64,000 bases of DNA from a bacterium (GCA_022709425.1 JAKLIW010000005.1:1422-65421), one strand, 5' to 3'; shown: positions 29,710-39,496, counted from the stretch's first letter. A program made the numbers and translations. Notes: generated from the letters alone by a model not told the origin.

Positions 29710-30744
29710 CTACTTCTTCCAGACGAAGGGGGTGCGAAGCCCCTTGACCTGATAGTGTTCGACCGCCGCGGTGTGTTCTGCGTAGGTCTTCGAGAAATGG
29801 TGCCGTCCTTCGCCGGTGGCGACGAAGAAGATATCTTCGCTCTGCATCGGTTCGACGACGCTGCGGATGGCGTTCTCGCCGGGGAAGCAGATGGGCGTCG
29901 CCGGAAGTCCCTGCCGCGTGTAGGTGCTGTGGGGGTGGTCGGTCTCAAGGTGTTTCCGGGTGATATTGCCGTCGAAGTCGGGGAGCAGTCCGTAGATGAC
30001 CGTCGGGTCGGACTGAAGCTTGATCCCCTGTTTCAACCGGTTCAGGAAGGCCGCCGCGATGTGCGGCTGTTCGTCGCGAACGCCTGACTCTTTCTCAATG
30101 ACCGAGGCGAGGGTGAGCGCCTGCATAGGGGTGAATCCCGCCTTCTTGATCTCCGTCCGGTACTTCGCAAGTACCTCCTGCATACGTTTGTCCATGGCGC
30201 TGATGACCTCTTCAACCGGGACATTGCGCGGGAACTTGTAGGTCGACGGGAACAAAAGGCCCTCGCAGGTGACCGCCTCGGGAATGCCCAATTCGCGCAG
30301 GATGCGCGGCGCGTCGCAATATTTCAGGAATTCGCCGCCGTTGCGGACCCAATCGAGCCGCGCCAGAAGCGCCGCCAGATCGTATTTGTTGAACCCTTCG
30401 GGGATGGTGACGGTATAGAGTTTGACCTTGCCGTCGATGATGCTTTGGGCGATCTCCTCCGGGAGCAGGTTCCCCTGGAATTCGAATTCGCCCGTCTGGA
30501 GCTTCTTGCCCAGCTCCTTTTCCTTTATCATGTAGTAGAAGTAGCGTTCGCTGGTGATGAGCTTCGCCTCGGCCAAACGCGCGGAGACCTGTTTCCACGA
30601 GGTCCCTTTCTCGATGATCACCGTCACCGGGTCCTGCACCTCGACCGGCGTCTGTTTGAAATCCTGATATTGTTTGTACTTGAAGAAGAAGTAGCCGCCG
30701 ACCAGCAGCAGCAACACCAGATTGACGATCAGTATCATCCGCAT
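29710..30744 (-). CDS. mltG: Endolytic murein transglycosylase MltG (YceG-like)
   Basis: N-terminal TM helix then YceG-like domain (LPATPICFPGENAI, YHFS... region). Start chosen at the ATG at 30744 just before the TM segment; the track ORF extends to 30852. Confidence 0.8.
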   Translation of the reverse strand: MRMILIVNLVLLLLVGGYFFFKYKQYQDFKQTPVEVQDPVTVIIEKGTSWKQVSARLAEAKLITSERYFYYMIKEKELGKKLQTGEFEFQGNLLPEEIAQSIIDGKVKLYTVTIPEGFNKYDLAALLARLDWVRNGGEFLKYCDAPRILRELGIPEAVTCEGLLFPSTYKFPRNVPVEEVISAMDKRMQEVLAKYRTEIKKAGFTPMQALTLASVIEKESGVRDEQPHIAAAFLNRLKQGIKLQSDPTVIYGLLPDFDGNITRKHLETDHPHSTYTRQGLPATPICFPGENAIRSVVEPMQSEDIFFVATGEGRHHFSKTYAEHTAAVEHYQVKGLRTPFVWKK

Positions 30745-30896
30745 GGGACACCCCCCGTACAGGTTCGCAAACACCGCCGCCATTATAGAATTCTTTCGGC
30801 GAAATTCAAAAGAAATCGTCACCGCCCCTCGACTTGATTTTCGCGCCGCCATCCGATACTATCGACAGGTCGTTATTTTCTAGCGGAGGGAAGCCC

Positions 30897-31277
30897 ATGA
30901 AACGGATGATACAGACCCCCGACGCTCCCAAAGCGATCGGTCCCTATTCGCAGGCGGTCTGGGCGGGCGATATGCTTTTCATATCGGGCCAGATAGCGCT
31001 CGACCCGGCGACGGGGAACATGGTCGGCGCGACGGCGGCCGAACAGACGGCGCAGGTGTTCAAGAACATCGGGGCGATACTGAAGGCGGCGGGGCTCGAC
31101 TTTACCCATGTCGTCAAGATGACGGTGCTGCTGACCGACATGAAGGAGTTCGCGGCGGTCAACGAGGTCTACGCGAAGCACTTCACCGGCGACTTCCCGG
31201 CGCGCGCCGCCTATCAGGTCGTTGCCTTACCGAAAGGTGCGCTCGTCGAGATAGAAACCATCGCCTACCGGGGTTGA
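30897..31277 (+). CDS. ridA: RidA family enamine/imine deaminase (YjgF/TdcF-like)
   Basis: PKAIGPYSQAV...GDMLFISGQIALDP conserved YjgF/chorismate-mutase-like fold signature. GGAGGG 5 nt upstream of the ATG at 30897. Confidence 0.85.
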   Translation: MKRMIQTPDAPKAIGPYSQAVWAGDMLFISGQIALDPATGNMVGATAAEQTAQVFKNIGAILKAAGLDFTHVVKMTVLLTDMKEFAAVNEVYAKHFTGDFPARAAYQVVALPKGALVEIETIAYRG

Positions 31278-31278
31278 T

Positions 31279-31980
31279 ATGAGATATCTTGCGCCGATCT
31301 TCGTATTGATCTTTGTCGTTGTTGCCTGCAAAAAGGATGATAACGCCTTCTTCACGAAGGGGAAGAAGGTCGAATCGGGGCTCATCTGGGAGAAGAGCCC
31401 GGTGACGGCCGACAGCATCCTTGCCGGGAAGAAGGTGACGCCGCTTTTCAGCGATACCTTCGACCGCCCCGATCTCGGGCCCAACTGGCAGGTACAGGGG
31501 GGCGATTGGCGCCTTGAGGAGGGCGTGGTCCAGTCAATGAAGGCGAATAATCTCAATCTCGTCCTGACCGGCACGGCGCTGCCCGACAATGCGGTGATCG
31601 AACTGACGATGTGGAGCGAGTCGGACTTCGTCGACATCAAGTTCAACGCGTGGGGCGACGGCAAACCGCACGAACACGGCGACGGCTACAGCTTCATACT
31701 CGGCGGCTGGAAGAACCGCGTGTCGGTCATCGCGAAACTCCACGAACACGAAAAGAACCGCGTCGAGGACCGCGCCACGCGGCTCGAACAGTCGAAGCGC
31801 TATCAGGTGAAGATCATCCGTATCGGCGGGAAGATCTGGTGGTTCGTCGACGACGCGATATTCCTCGCCTATAACGATCCGCAGCCGCTCACGGCCGCCG
31901 GTGGTTACAAGTACCTCAGTTTCGCCAACTGGGAAAGCATGGCCTATTTCGATGGCCTGAAGATATCAACGATAGAATAG
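31279..31980 (+). CDS. Lipoprotein with concanavalin/LamG-like jelly-roll domain (DUF1080-like)
   Basis: Signal plus lipobox (VVVAC). Trp/Gly pattern NWQVQGGDWRLEEGV...GYSFILGGWKNRVSV...KIWWFVDD is reminiscent of DUF1080/3-keto-disaccharide-hydrolase-type beta-sandwiches. Confidence 0.4.
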   Translation: MRYLAPIFVLIFVVVACKKDDNAFFTKGKKVESGLIWEKSPVTADSILAGKKVTPLFSDTFDRPDLGPNWQVQGGDWRLEEGVVQSMKANNLNLVLTGTALPDNAVIELTMWSESDFVDIKFNAWGDGKPHEHGDGYSFILGGWKNRVSVIAKLHEHEKNRVEDRATRLEQSKRYQVKIIRIGGKIWWFVDDAIFLAYNDPQPLTAAGGYKYLSFANWESMAYFDGLKISTIE

Positions 31981-31989
31981 GGGAACGGG

Positions 31990-32595
31990 ATGTTTATCGC
32001 GGTTGAAGGGATAGACGGTTCGGGGAAATCGACCACCATCGCCGAACTGGAGAAGTTCCTCGTGGCACGAGGCTACACGGTGCACCGGACCGCCGAACCG
32101 ACGAAACTCGATACCGGCCGCGCCATCCGCGAACTGCTCGGACTCAAGAGCGAACGGCCCTACACCCGGCATGAACTGGCGCTCCTGTTCGCCGCCGACC
32201 GTCTGCGTCACCTCGAGGAGGAGGTGGAGCCGATGCTCGCCGCCGGGAAGACGGTACTCACCGACCGCTATCTCTTCTCGTCGCTGGCGTATCAGTCGGC
32301 CGACCTGCCGTATGAATGGGTGCGGGAACTCAACCGTTTTGCGCGGCTTCCCGATGTGGTCGTTTATATCGGCGTCGGCGTCGATACGGCGCTGTCGCGT
32401 ATTGCACGGTTTCGCCAGAATGCCGAGATATTCGAGACGCGCGGGTTCCTTGAGAAGCTCACCGCGACCTATGAACGGGTCCTGGCCGAGTATGCCGACC
32501 GGGTTACGGTCGCGCGGCTTAACGGCGAGGTGGCGATGGATGGCATCGCCGCCGACATCGAAAAAAGACTTTCCGGTATCTTTCCGAAGAGCTGA
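31990..32595 (+). CDS. tmk: Thymidylate kinase
   Basis: MFIAVEGIDGSGKSTT P-loop, DRY-like motif (TDRYLFSSLAYQ). Confidence 0.9.
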   Translation: MFIAVEGIDGSGKSTTIAELEKFLVARGYTVHRTAEPTKLDTGRAIRELLGLKSERPYTRHELALLFAADRLRHLEEEVEPMLAAGKTVLTDRYLFSSLAYQSADLPYEWVRELNRFARLPDVVVYIGVGVDTALSRIARFRQNAEIFETRGFLEKLTATYERVLAEYADRVTVARLNGEVAMDGIAADIEKRLSGIFPKS

Positions 32596-32610
32596 TCCGC
32601 CCCTTCGCCG

Positions 32611-34785
32611 TTACATCTGATACTCGTAACAGCCCATGTCGGCCGTCGTGGTGCCGATGACCGGCACGTTGACGCGGGCATTCCCTTCAAGGTCGGTGGT
32701 CGGCGCCGGCGTGTCATTGGCGGTATCGATGCAGGGACTGTAGGCGCTCCCGGCGATATCGACCTTCAGATGGAAATCGTTGCCTCCCGCATTGACGAAC
32801 AGCGGATCACCGTGGATGTTGCCGGTTCCGGCGAAATTGCTGTTGGTGGTCATCTCGATATCGCTGTAGGTCGCCGATATCGAACCGCCTCCTGTTTCGT
32901 CGTAGAGCTGACGCGTGTTGTTCCACGTGTTCGTTCCGGTGTTGCCGTAGAGGATGGAATTGACGATGGTGGTGTTGGTGGCGCCCATGTTCGCGATCGC
33001 GCCGCCGTTCTTACCGATGTTCTGCGAGAAGGTACTGTTGGTGACGGTGATGGTCGCGTCATTGGCGCGGATCGCGCCGCCGTTGGCCGTTCCCGAAGAG
33101 TTCAACGAGTTGTCGTAAAATAGGGTATTGGTAACGGTCAGGGTGCGGCCGTCGAAGACATTGACCGCCCCGCCGCTCGCTTCGGAGCTGGTCATGGTGG
33201 TCTGTGAAACGCTGTTGTCATGGAATACGCTGTTGGTGATATTCAGCGCTCCCGAGCCGGTTGCATAGATCGCGCCGCCGAATCCGGTGTCAGCGGTGCC
33301 GATGTTGACGATATTGTTGCTGAACAGGCAGCGTTCTATGGTTAGGGTGCCGCCGTTGATGGCGCTGATGGCACCGCCGCGATAATTGCTGACGCTTTGT
33401 GTGACCACGCTATTGTTGGTGAATGTTGAGTTGCGGAGGGTCATCGAAACGCCGTCAACATAGAGCGCGCCGCCTTCTACATAGTCGGTCATGCCGCTGC
33501 TGCTGCCGTTGATCGCCTTGCCGCCGGTGACGGTGAAGCCGTCGACCACCGCATTGGCGGCTCCCGTCAGCACATGCGACACCTGTGTGGCGCTTCCCGA
33601 CGACTGGTGGCCGTCGATGGTGGTCACGTTCGTGGTCCAGTTACGGCCGTCACGAAGCCACTCGGTTCCGGCGAATCCGCCGTAGAGGGGGACTTTACCG
33701 CGCAACTGAATGGTGTTGCCGGTGCCGGTCTTGTAGATATAGTAGGTGCCGGCGGCGACCCAGACCTCGCAGGTGGCCGCGCTCGATCCGTTGGCCGAGT
33801 CTATTGCCGCCTGTATGTCGGAATAGGCGGCGGCCCACGAAAGGCCGGTGGGTGAACCGGCGCTTACCGGTTTTACGAACCGGACGCAGATCTCGCAGTC
33901 GGCGCCCGCGAAACCGCTGTCGCAACATTTGCCCTGCGTTTCGCTACAGACATAGTTTCCGCAGGGATTTCCGGGATGATCGCTACATTTGCCGCTGTTG
34001 TTGCAGGTCTCGGCGCCGTTGCAGAAAGAGCCGTCTTCGCAGGAGTCGCCGCTTTCCCAGTAACCGGGATCGCAGGCGCCGTTACCGTCGCAGGCATCGG
34101 CGTCATCGCAGGGGGCGCTCGTCTGATCGCCGCAGGGGGTGGCGATCGGTTCGAACTCGTCGGGTGGACAGGTCGGGCTTGATCCGGTACAGGTCTCAGC
34201 GATATCGCACTCCGCGTCGACCGCCGGGCGGCAGACAGTGCCGGAGCGGAAATGACAGCCGTCACAACAGGCGCCGGTGGTGCACTGACAGGTATCGACA
34301 TCGGCATCGGAGGTGGTCGCGTCGTCGGTCACCACCGCACCGTCGTCGGTCACCACTGCGCCGTCGTCGGTCGTTACCGCGCCATCGTCGGTCGTTATGG
34401 CGCCGTCATCGGTGACGGTGTCATCGGTCACCACATCGTCGGTCACCACATCGTCGGTCACCACATCGTCGGTTACGGTGTCATCGGTTACCACATCATC
34501 GGTCACGGTGCCGTCGGTCGCGCTATCGTCATCGAGCAGGGGAAGGTCCCCGTCCAGCGGCTCGGTGTCGCCCTGCGCACTGTCCTCGTCGGTCGTGATG
34601 CCGTCGGCCAACGGATCATCCGTGTCGTCGATCAGACCATCGTTGATGAGCGGGTCGTCATTATTGCCGTTATCGTCGGTATCGGTGTTGCCCGTCCCGT
34701 TATCACGCGGAGGATATATCCGACGGGAGCCATCCTCGCATGCGAGGATGACTACAAACAGCAACGCCGACACAAGCCATCTCAT
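32611..34785 (-). CDS. Lipoprotein: D/T pentapeptide-repeat linker, Cys-rich module, then right-handed parallel beta-helix domain
   Basis: Real start is the ATG at 34785 (GGGAGG upstream; MRWLVSALLFVVILAC lipobox). The upstream part of track ORF 32611..36111 is antisense to purF. Has a (V/A)TDD(T/V)V tandem repeat array, an about 130-aa segment with 27 Cys, and beta-helix coils (NSTFTNNS, ERCLFSNN, ITNSVFHDNS, VTNTLFYDNS, VTNSTFSQN, IVNSILYGN). Confidence 0.7.
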   Translation of the reverse strand: MRWLVSALLFVVILACEDGSRRIYPPRDNGTGNTDTDDNGNNDDPLINDGLIDDTDDPLADGITTDEDSAQGDTEPLDGDLPLLDDDSATDGTVTDDVVTDDTVTDDVVTDDVVTDDVVTDDTVTDDGAITTDDGAVTTDDGAVVTDDGAVVTDDATTSDADVDTCQCTTGACCDGCHFRSGTVCRPAVDAECDIAETCTGSSPTCPPDEFEPIATPCGDQTSAPCDDADACDGNGACDPGYWESGDSCEDGSFCNGAETCNNSGKCSDHPGNPCGNYVCSETQGKCCDSGFAGADCEICVRFVKPVSAGSPTGLSWAAAYSDIQAAIDSANGSSAATCEVWVAAGTYYIYKTGTGNTIQLRGKVPLYGGFAGTEWLRDGRNWTTNVTTIDGHQSSGSATQVSHVLTGAANAVVDGFTVTGGKAINGSSSGMTDYVEGGALYVDGVSMTLRNSTFTNNSVVTQSVSNYRGGAISAINGGTLTIERCLFSNNIVNIGTADTGFGGAIYATGSGALNITNSVFHDNSVSQTTMTSSEASGGAVNVFDGRTLTVTNTLFYDNSLNSSGTANGGAIRANDATITVTNSTFSQNIGKNGGAIANMGATNTTIVNSILYGNTGTNTWNNTRQLYDETGGGSISATYSDIEMTTNSNFAGTGNIHGDPLFVNAGGNDFHLKVDIAGSAYSPCIDTANDTPAPTTDLEGNARVNVPVIGTTTADMGCYEYQM
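34316..34520 (-). repeat. In-frame 15-nt tandem repeat array encoding (V/A)TDD(T/A/V) pentapeptide repeats
   Basis: About 13 consecutive 15-nt units, three of them identical (gtcaccacatcgtcg), inside the beta-helix lipoprotein gene. Confidence 0.85.
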
Positions 34786-34938
34786 GATATCCTCCCTCAC
34801 GGTGTGTACACAACTGAAAACAGGATGCATTATATCCTCGCGTGCGCGGGGAGTCAACCTAAATCTCCGGCCTGTTCCCTTGCTTTTTCCGGTCGTTCTG
34901 TTATAACTGCGGCGTGCGAAGCATCTAAGGAGTCCATC

Positions 34939-36369
34939 GTGTGCGGAATCGCCGGAATTTTCAATGTCCCGGGGGCGGAACGGTATGTCGCCGACCTCCT
35001 GTTCTCGATACAGCACCGCGGTCAGGAGTCGTGCGGCATCTCGGTGCGGCGCGACAACGGCAGCGTGCTTACCTACAAGAACATGGGGCTGGTCAAGCAG
35101 GTGCTGACGCTCGACATCCTTGACCGTCACACCGGCAAGACCGCCATCGGCCATGTCCGCTATCCGACCGCCGGGTCGAGTAACGCGCTCAACAGCCAGC
35201 CACACACCATCGAGTTGGTGCAGGGCTCGGTCATGTCGATATGCAGCAACGGCGATATCGTCAACTACTCGGAACTGCGGCAGAAACTCGAAAAAGAACA
35301 GGGCTTCGTCTTTACCAGCGACAACGACGGCGAACTGATCGGCCGGCTGATCGCCTACCACCATCACTCGGCCTCCGAGCGGCTTCCCATCGAACAGGCC
35401 ATCGCGGCGACCCAGAACGAACTCAAGGGGGCCTTTTCGGCGCTGCTCATCTACCGCGACACGATGTACGCCTTCCGCGATCCGCACGGCTTTCGCCCCT
35501 ATGTCATGGGTCATCTGACGTGGCAAGGCGTCGGCGAGATGCCCTCCGAAGGTACCTGTTTCGCCTCCGAATCGTGCGCCTTCGGCATCATCGGCGCCCG
35601 GTTCGTCCGTGAACTGAAGCCGGGCGAGATACTGAAACTCGAGAAGAACCGTCCGCTGACCGTCGTCGCGGTCAACGCCAAACAGCCGCGGCACTGCGTG
35701 TTCGAACTCATCTACTTCTCGCGTCCCGATACCATCACCTTCGGCGAGTCGGTCTACCGCACCCGCCAGCATATCGGCGCAACGCTCGCCCAGCGCGACG
35801 GCGACATTCCCAACGGCGACGACCTGACCGTCATGGCGGTCCCCGATTCGTCGAACTTCGTGGCGCTGGGCTATGCCGCCGAGAAAAAGGCGTCGTTCGA
35901 CATGGGACTCATCCGCAACCACTATGTCGGCCGCACCTTCCTGCGCCCGTTGCAGGATGCCCGCGACGAAGGGGTCAAGCAGAAATTCAACCCGCTTCCC
36001 GGATTCTTCACCGATAAGCGCGTGGTGCTGGTCGACGATTCCATCGTCCGCGGCACGACCCTGCGCAAGATAGTCCGCATGATAAAGGGGGCCGGCGCGA
36101 AGGAGGTCCATGTCCGCATCGGTTCACCGCGTGTCATCGGATCGTGCTTCTACGGCATCGATACGCCGACCCGGTCGGAACTCATCGCGAACAACAAGAC
36201 GGTCGAAGAGACGCGCGACTACCTCAACGCCGACTCGCTCCGTTACCTTGAAATACCCGATTTTCAGCACCTGTTGAAAAAGCCGGGCGACTTCTGCACC
36301 GCCTGTTTCAGCAACGACTATATCTACGTCCCGCCGTCGTTCGTCAAAACGAACGCCCCCGGCTGCTGA
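34939..36369 (+). CDS. purF: Amidophosphoribosyltransferase PurF
   Basis: GTG start followed by the catalytic Cys (V/M-CGIAGIF). Ntn-type glutamine amidotransferase domain plus PRTase motif VVLVDDSIVRGTT. AAGGAG RBS 7 nt upstream. The track ORF 34252..36369 N-terminal extension is antisense noise. Confidence 0.9.
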   Translation: MCGIAGIFNVPGAERYVADLLFSIQHRGQESCGISVRRDNGSVLTYKNMGLVKQVLTLDILDRHTGKTAIGHVRYPTAGSSNALNSQPHTIELVQGSVMSICSNGDIVNYSELRQKLEKEQGFVFTSDNDGELIGRLIAYHHHSASERLPIEQAIAATQNELKGAFSALLIYRDTMYAFRDPHGFRPYVMGHLTWQGVGEMPSEGTCFASESCAFGIIGARFVRELKPGEILKLEKNRPLTVVAVNAKQPRHCVFELIYFSRPDTITFGESVYRTRQHIGATLAQRDGDIPNGDDLTVMAVPDSSNFVALGYAAEKKASFDMGLIRNHYVGRTFLRPLQDARDEGVKQKFNPLPGFFTDKRVVLVDDSIVRGTTLRKIVRMIKGAGAKEVHVRIGSPRVIGSCFYGIDTPTRSELIANNKTVEETRDYLNADSLRYLEIPDFQHLLKKPGDFCTACFSNDYIYVPPSFVKTNAPGC

Positions 36370-36376
36370 CATTCCC

Positions 36377-37153
36377 ATGACCTCACCGCACGGCATTGAA
36401 CGGCTCACGGCGATCATGGCGACCCTGCGCGGCCCGAACGGCTGTCCGTGGGACCGCAAACAGTCGATCCCGTCGCTCAAGCCCTATATCATTGAAGAGG
36501 CTTACGAAGTGGTCGAGGCGATCGATCAGGGGACCGACGAACTGCAGGACGAACTGGGCGATCTCCTGTTGCAGATAGTCTTCGTGTCGCAGATGGCGCA
36601 GGAGCAGGGACTGTTCGATTTCGATTCGGTCGCCGAACGGATATCGGACAAACTGGTGCGCCGTCATCCCCATGTCTTCGGCGATACGCAGGTGAAGGAT
36701 GCCGACGAAGTGGTGCAGAACTGGAACCAGATAAAGAAGGACAAAGAGGCGAAGAAATATCTCCTTGACGGCATCCCCACCGCGATGCCTGCGACCCTGC
36801 TCACCCAGCGCTACGCCGACCGCGCCGCGTCGGTCGGGTTCGACTGGGGCAAATGGGAGGACACCCTCGCCAAGATAGCGGAAGAGACGGACGAACTGAA
36901 AGAGGCGGTCGCTTCGGGCGACGCCGATAAGACCTTCCACGAGATGGGCGACCTGCTCGCGGCGGTGGTGAACCTGTCGCGCAAACTCGGCATCAACCCC
37001 GAGGACTCCCTGCGCCACTGCGCACTCCGGTTCCGTGAACGGTTCAATATGATGGAAGAACTCGACCCCACCGCCACCGACGGCAAACATTCGCTCGACG
37101 ATCTCGAAGCGCTCTGGCAGAAGGCGAAGAAGGAATTAGCGAAGAAAAAGTAA
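36377..37153 (+). CDS. mazG: Nucleoside triphosphate pyrophosphohydrolase MazG
   Basis: Tandem MazG domains. EExxE-type motifs (IIEEAYEVVEAI, IAEETDELKEAV). CPWD(R/K)KQ motif (GCPWDRKQS). Confidence 0.88.
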   Translation: MTSPHGIERLTAIMATLRGPNGCPWDRKQSIPSLKPYIIEEAYEVVEAIDQGTDELQDELGDLLLQIVFVSQMAQEQGLFDFDSVAERISDKLVRRHPHVFGDTQVKDADEVVQNWNQIKKDKEAKKYLLDGIPTAMPATLLTQRYADRAASVGFDWGKWEDTLAKIAEETDELKEAVASGDADKTFHEMGDLLAAVVNLSRKLGINPEDSLRHCALRFRERFNMMEELDPTATDGKHSLDDLEALWQKAKKELAKKK

Positions 37154-37171
37154 AGAAAGAGGAGGGGAGAA

Positions 37172-37498
37172 ATGAACGGACCTTTTCTTCTTGAAGCGAA
37201 AACGATCGCGCGCGAAATGAACCGTATGCTTCCCGGCTGTTTCCTGCTGTGCGACGTTGCTAAAGTCGTGCGGTCCGTCGGTCGCGCCGAAAGGGAATTG
37301 CCGACCGATCTTCTGGCGCGTGTGGGCGGGAAGGATGCGGTGTGGTTCTATTACGAATATACGCAGAACGCCAAACAGGCTTTTGAATTGGAGTGCCAGT
37401 ACTATCATCGTCATTTTTCCACCTTGACCAAAAGATTCCATCCGAAACGGCCGGAAGGGAAAGATTGGACCTGTTCCGTCGGCTGCGGGTACAAATAA
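37172..37498 (+). CDS. Hypothetical small protein (108 aa)
   Basis: Strong RBS GAGGAGGGG 6 nt upstream of ATG. No recognisable family. Has Cys pairs (CFLLC, CSVGC). Confidence 0.45.
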   Translation: MNGPFLLEAKTIAREMNRMLPGCFLLCDVAKVVRSVGRAERELPTDLLARVGGKDAVWFYYEYTQNAKQAFELECQYYHRHFSTLTKRFHPKRPEGKDWTCSVGCGYK

Positions 37499-37550
37499 AA
37501 AAAAGGATCCTTTTTCCGCGAACAGGTATCTAATGAGGTGAAAGATGCGC

Positions 37551-37578
37551 TTGATTACCGGGCGCGTTGGCATATAAT
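37551..37578 (+). promoter_or_regulatory. Sigma70-like promoter (TTGATT-16-TATAAT) for the downstream lipoprotein gene
   Basis: -35 TTGATT at 37551-37556 and -10 TATAAT at 37573-37578, about 30 nt upstream of the GAGGAGGGGG RBS and the ATG at 37610. Confidence 0.5.
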
Positions 37579-37609
37579 GCGGCGAAACTTTCGCAGAGGA
37601 GGGGGCGTC

Positions 37610-38341
37610 ATGGCCAAATACTTCGTGTTCATCGCGGCGGCGGTATTCTTCATCGCGTGCGGCGAGGAGAAGGCGACGGCCGACAATGATACGGCGGTGC
37701 CGGACAACGAGAGTTGCGGCAAGGACCGGAATGTGTGCGCCACCGACTGGCATCATGTGCTCCGCTGTTCCGCCGGGACATGGATCGTGCTGGAAGATTG
37801 CGGCGAGAATTTGTGCGAGATAAAGGAGGGGGTGGGGGTATGCGCCACCACGACCGACGAGATCCAGACGCCGGGTGACGAGGATGCGGTGAACGACGAC
37901 GACGCGCTCGGGCCGGGTTATACGCTGACCGATGTGGTCTACACCGATCTGCTGGAACATACGCCGGGGTCGTTGCCGTTCGACTACAAACGCTACGAGG
38001 TGTTCCGCGATGAAACGGCGTTCGGGCTGTTCTTTACCTCGCTCGATTTGGGGATAGATGCGCCGGTGGTGGATTTCGAGAAGGATATGGTCATCGCGCT
38101 GTTCAACGGGATGTGGCCGGACCTGCGTCCCATGTATCAGGTCGACAGCATCAAGAAGTTGGTGCCGGACGATCCCGAGGATATCCACGACAAGGTGCTG
38201 ATGGTCGAGACATCGACGCATTACTACAGCGACAAATTACCTGCCGATCAGATGTTCTACTATCCGCTTCAACTCATCAAGGTCGAGAAGGCCGACCTCG
38301 TGAATTTCAATGACCGGTTCGTGCTGGAGAGGAGTTATTGA
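37610..38341 (+). CDS. Hypothetical lipoprotein (243 aa)
   Basis: Start at the ATG at 37610 (inside track ORF 37538..38341) gives MAKYFVFIAAAVFFIAC. Has a Cys-rich N-module and acidic linker. No family recognised. Confidence 0.6.
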   Translation: MAKYFVFIAAAVFFIACGEEKATADNDTAVPDNESCGKDRNVCATDWHHVLRCSAGTWIVLEDCGENLCEIKEGVGVCATTTDEIQTPGDEDAVNDDDALGPGYTLTDVVYTDLLEHTPGSLPFDYKRYEVFRDETAFGLFFTSLDLGIDAPVVDFEKDMVIALFNGMWPDLRPMYQVDSIKKLVPDDPEDIHDKVLMVETSTHYYSDKLPADQMFYYPLQLIKVEKADLVNFNDRFVLERSY

Positions 38342-38513
38342 TCAAATATATCGTTTCAACGCCCTGACCCCAATGGTCGCTCTGTTCCCAATATTCTGAC
38401 CTCAATATGTCTTCAGATGTCCCGGTCGTTATTTCTCTTGACTTTTTCGTAGCTAAAAACATAACATCGACACGCTATTTAACTTTAGAATTAGATGGAA
38501 GGGAGCATAAGCG

Positions 38514-38954
38514 GTGAGAAAAATAGTGATTGGCGTAATCCTATGTTCATTGATGTCCGTGTTTTTGGCGACCTCCTGCGTTGGTCTTTATGCGGGCGCT
38601 ATGTCGGAAAGCACTTCCTATGAGGGAGCGTACTCTTGGAAAAGCCCCGGTAAAATGAGTGACGAGGAGACCTTCGACTTGATAATGAAAAGTGCAGAAG
38701 AACAGGGCTATCATTTGGCGAAAGATTCGAGGGACGAGGATAATACCATCCATTTTACCTCGTCAAGTTCAGGTGCGAATACAACTTTCACCGGAAGAAG
38801 TCAAAGAGTCCTGTTGTGGTTCAAAGTGAACCACGGCAAGATACGGATTAAGACGATGCTGACGGGAAACTACAGCTTCGGTTCGAAGGAAAATTCCGAT
38901 GAGCTGATTGAACAATTCAAGAGAAAAATGAAAGAAATTAGGAAAAAAGATTAA
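38514..38954 (+). CDS. Hypothetical lipoprotein in AT-rich islet
   Basis: GTG start, signal plus lipobox (LATSC). GC is about 40% against about 65% for the flanks. Confidence 0.5.
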   Translation: MRKIVIGVILCSLMSVFLATSCVGLYAGAMSESTSYEGAYSWKSPGKMSDEETFDLIMKSAEEQGYHLAKDSRDEDNTIHFTSSSSGANTTFTGRSQRVLLWFKVNHGKIRIKTMLTGNYSFGSKENSDELIEQFKRKMKEIRKKD

Positions 38955-39034
38955 GGAGCCTCTCAGGTTAAGGCATTAAAGTAGTCATTAAAGTAGTCAG
39001 AGGGGTCAGGGCGTTTATGGTATAGTTAATTATT

Positions 39035-39274
39035 TCACGATTCCCGGTCTTGATCTTTCCGCTTCCGGCGGGCGAGTAGCGCCCCGAACCGGTCCATGAA
39101 CACCATCGCGCTCAACTCGAAGAGCCCATACAGCGGGAACGCCAGCGCCATCACCCCGACGAACACGATGAACGCCACCGCCAGCGCGAACCCCATATCC
39201 TGCCCGACCAGCACCAGCACCCCGAGCACCGCCGCCGCCAGCCCCGCGCCAACCCCGAGAAGAATTTTGATCAT
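39035..39274 (-). CDS. Small two-TM membrane protein (hypothetical)
   Basis: MIKILLGVGAGLAAAVLGVLVLV...AVAFIVFVGVMALAF. The start could also be the upstream ATG at 39373. Confidence 0.4.
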   Translation of the reverse strand: MIKILLGVGAGLAAAVLGVLVLVGQDMGFALAVAFIVFVGVMALAFPLYGLFELSAMVFMDRFGALLARRKRKDQDRES

Positions 39275-39496
39275 ACCGCCCCGCTCTTCACCGATGAACC
39301 CGCCACACTGTATATAATAAGGGATTCCGGTCAAGCGTTTTTTTGCTGATATGGCAATGTTGTCTAAATGCAACTAACTAAATAGAATGGATAATTACAA
39401 GAAAACTTGATTTTACTCACCATCCTGAGTATTTTTACTCAGTGTCCTGAGTAGTTTTGCTCGGGGCATTGAAGAAACTTCCGGAAGGAGGAGCCG

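Noticed and set aside
34786-36111. Upper part of the 1166-aa minus-strand track ORF 32611..36111
   Set aside because: Only the segment downstream of the ATG at 34785 (RBS, lipoprotein signal) is supported. The 5' 442 codons are antisense to purF.
37136-38221. 361-aa minus-strand ORF
   Set aside because: Overlaps the mazG 3' end, the 108-aa gene and the lipoprotein gene on the opposite strand. No RBS and no recognisable motifs. The plus-strand genes have strong RBSs and a promoter.
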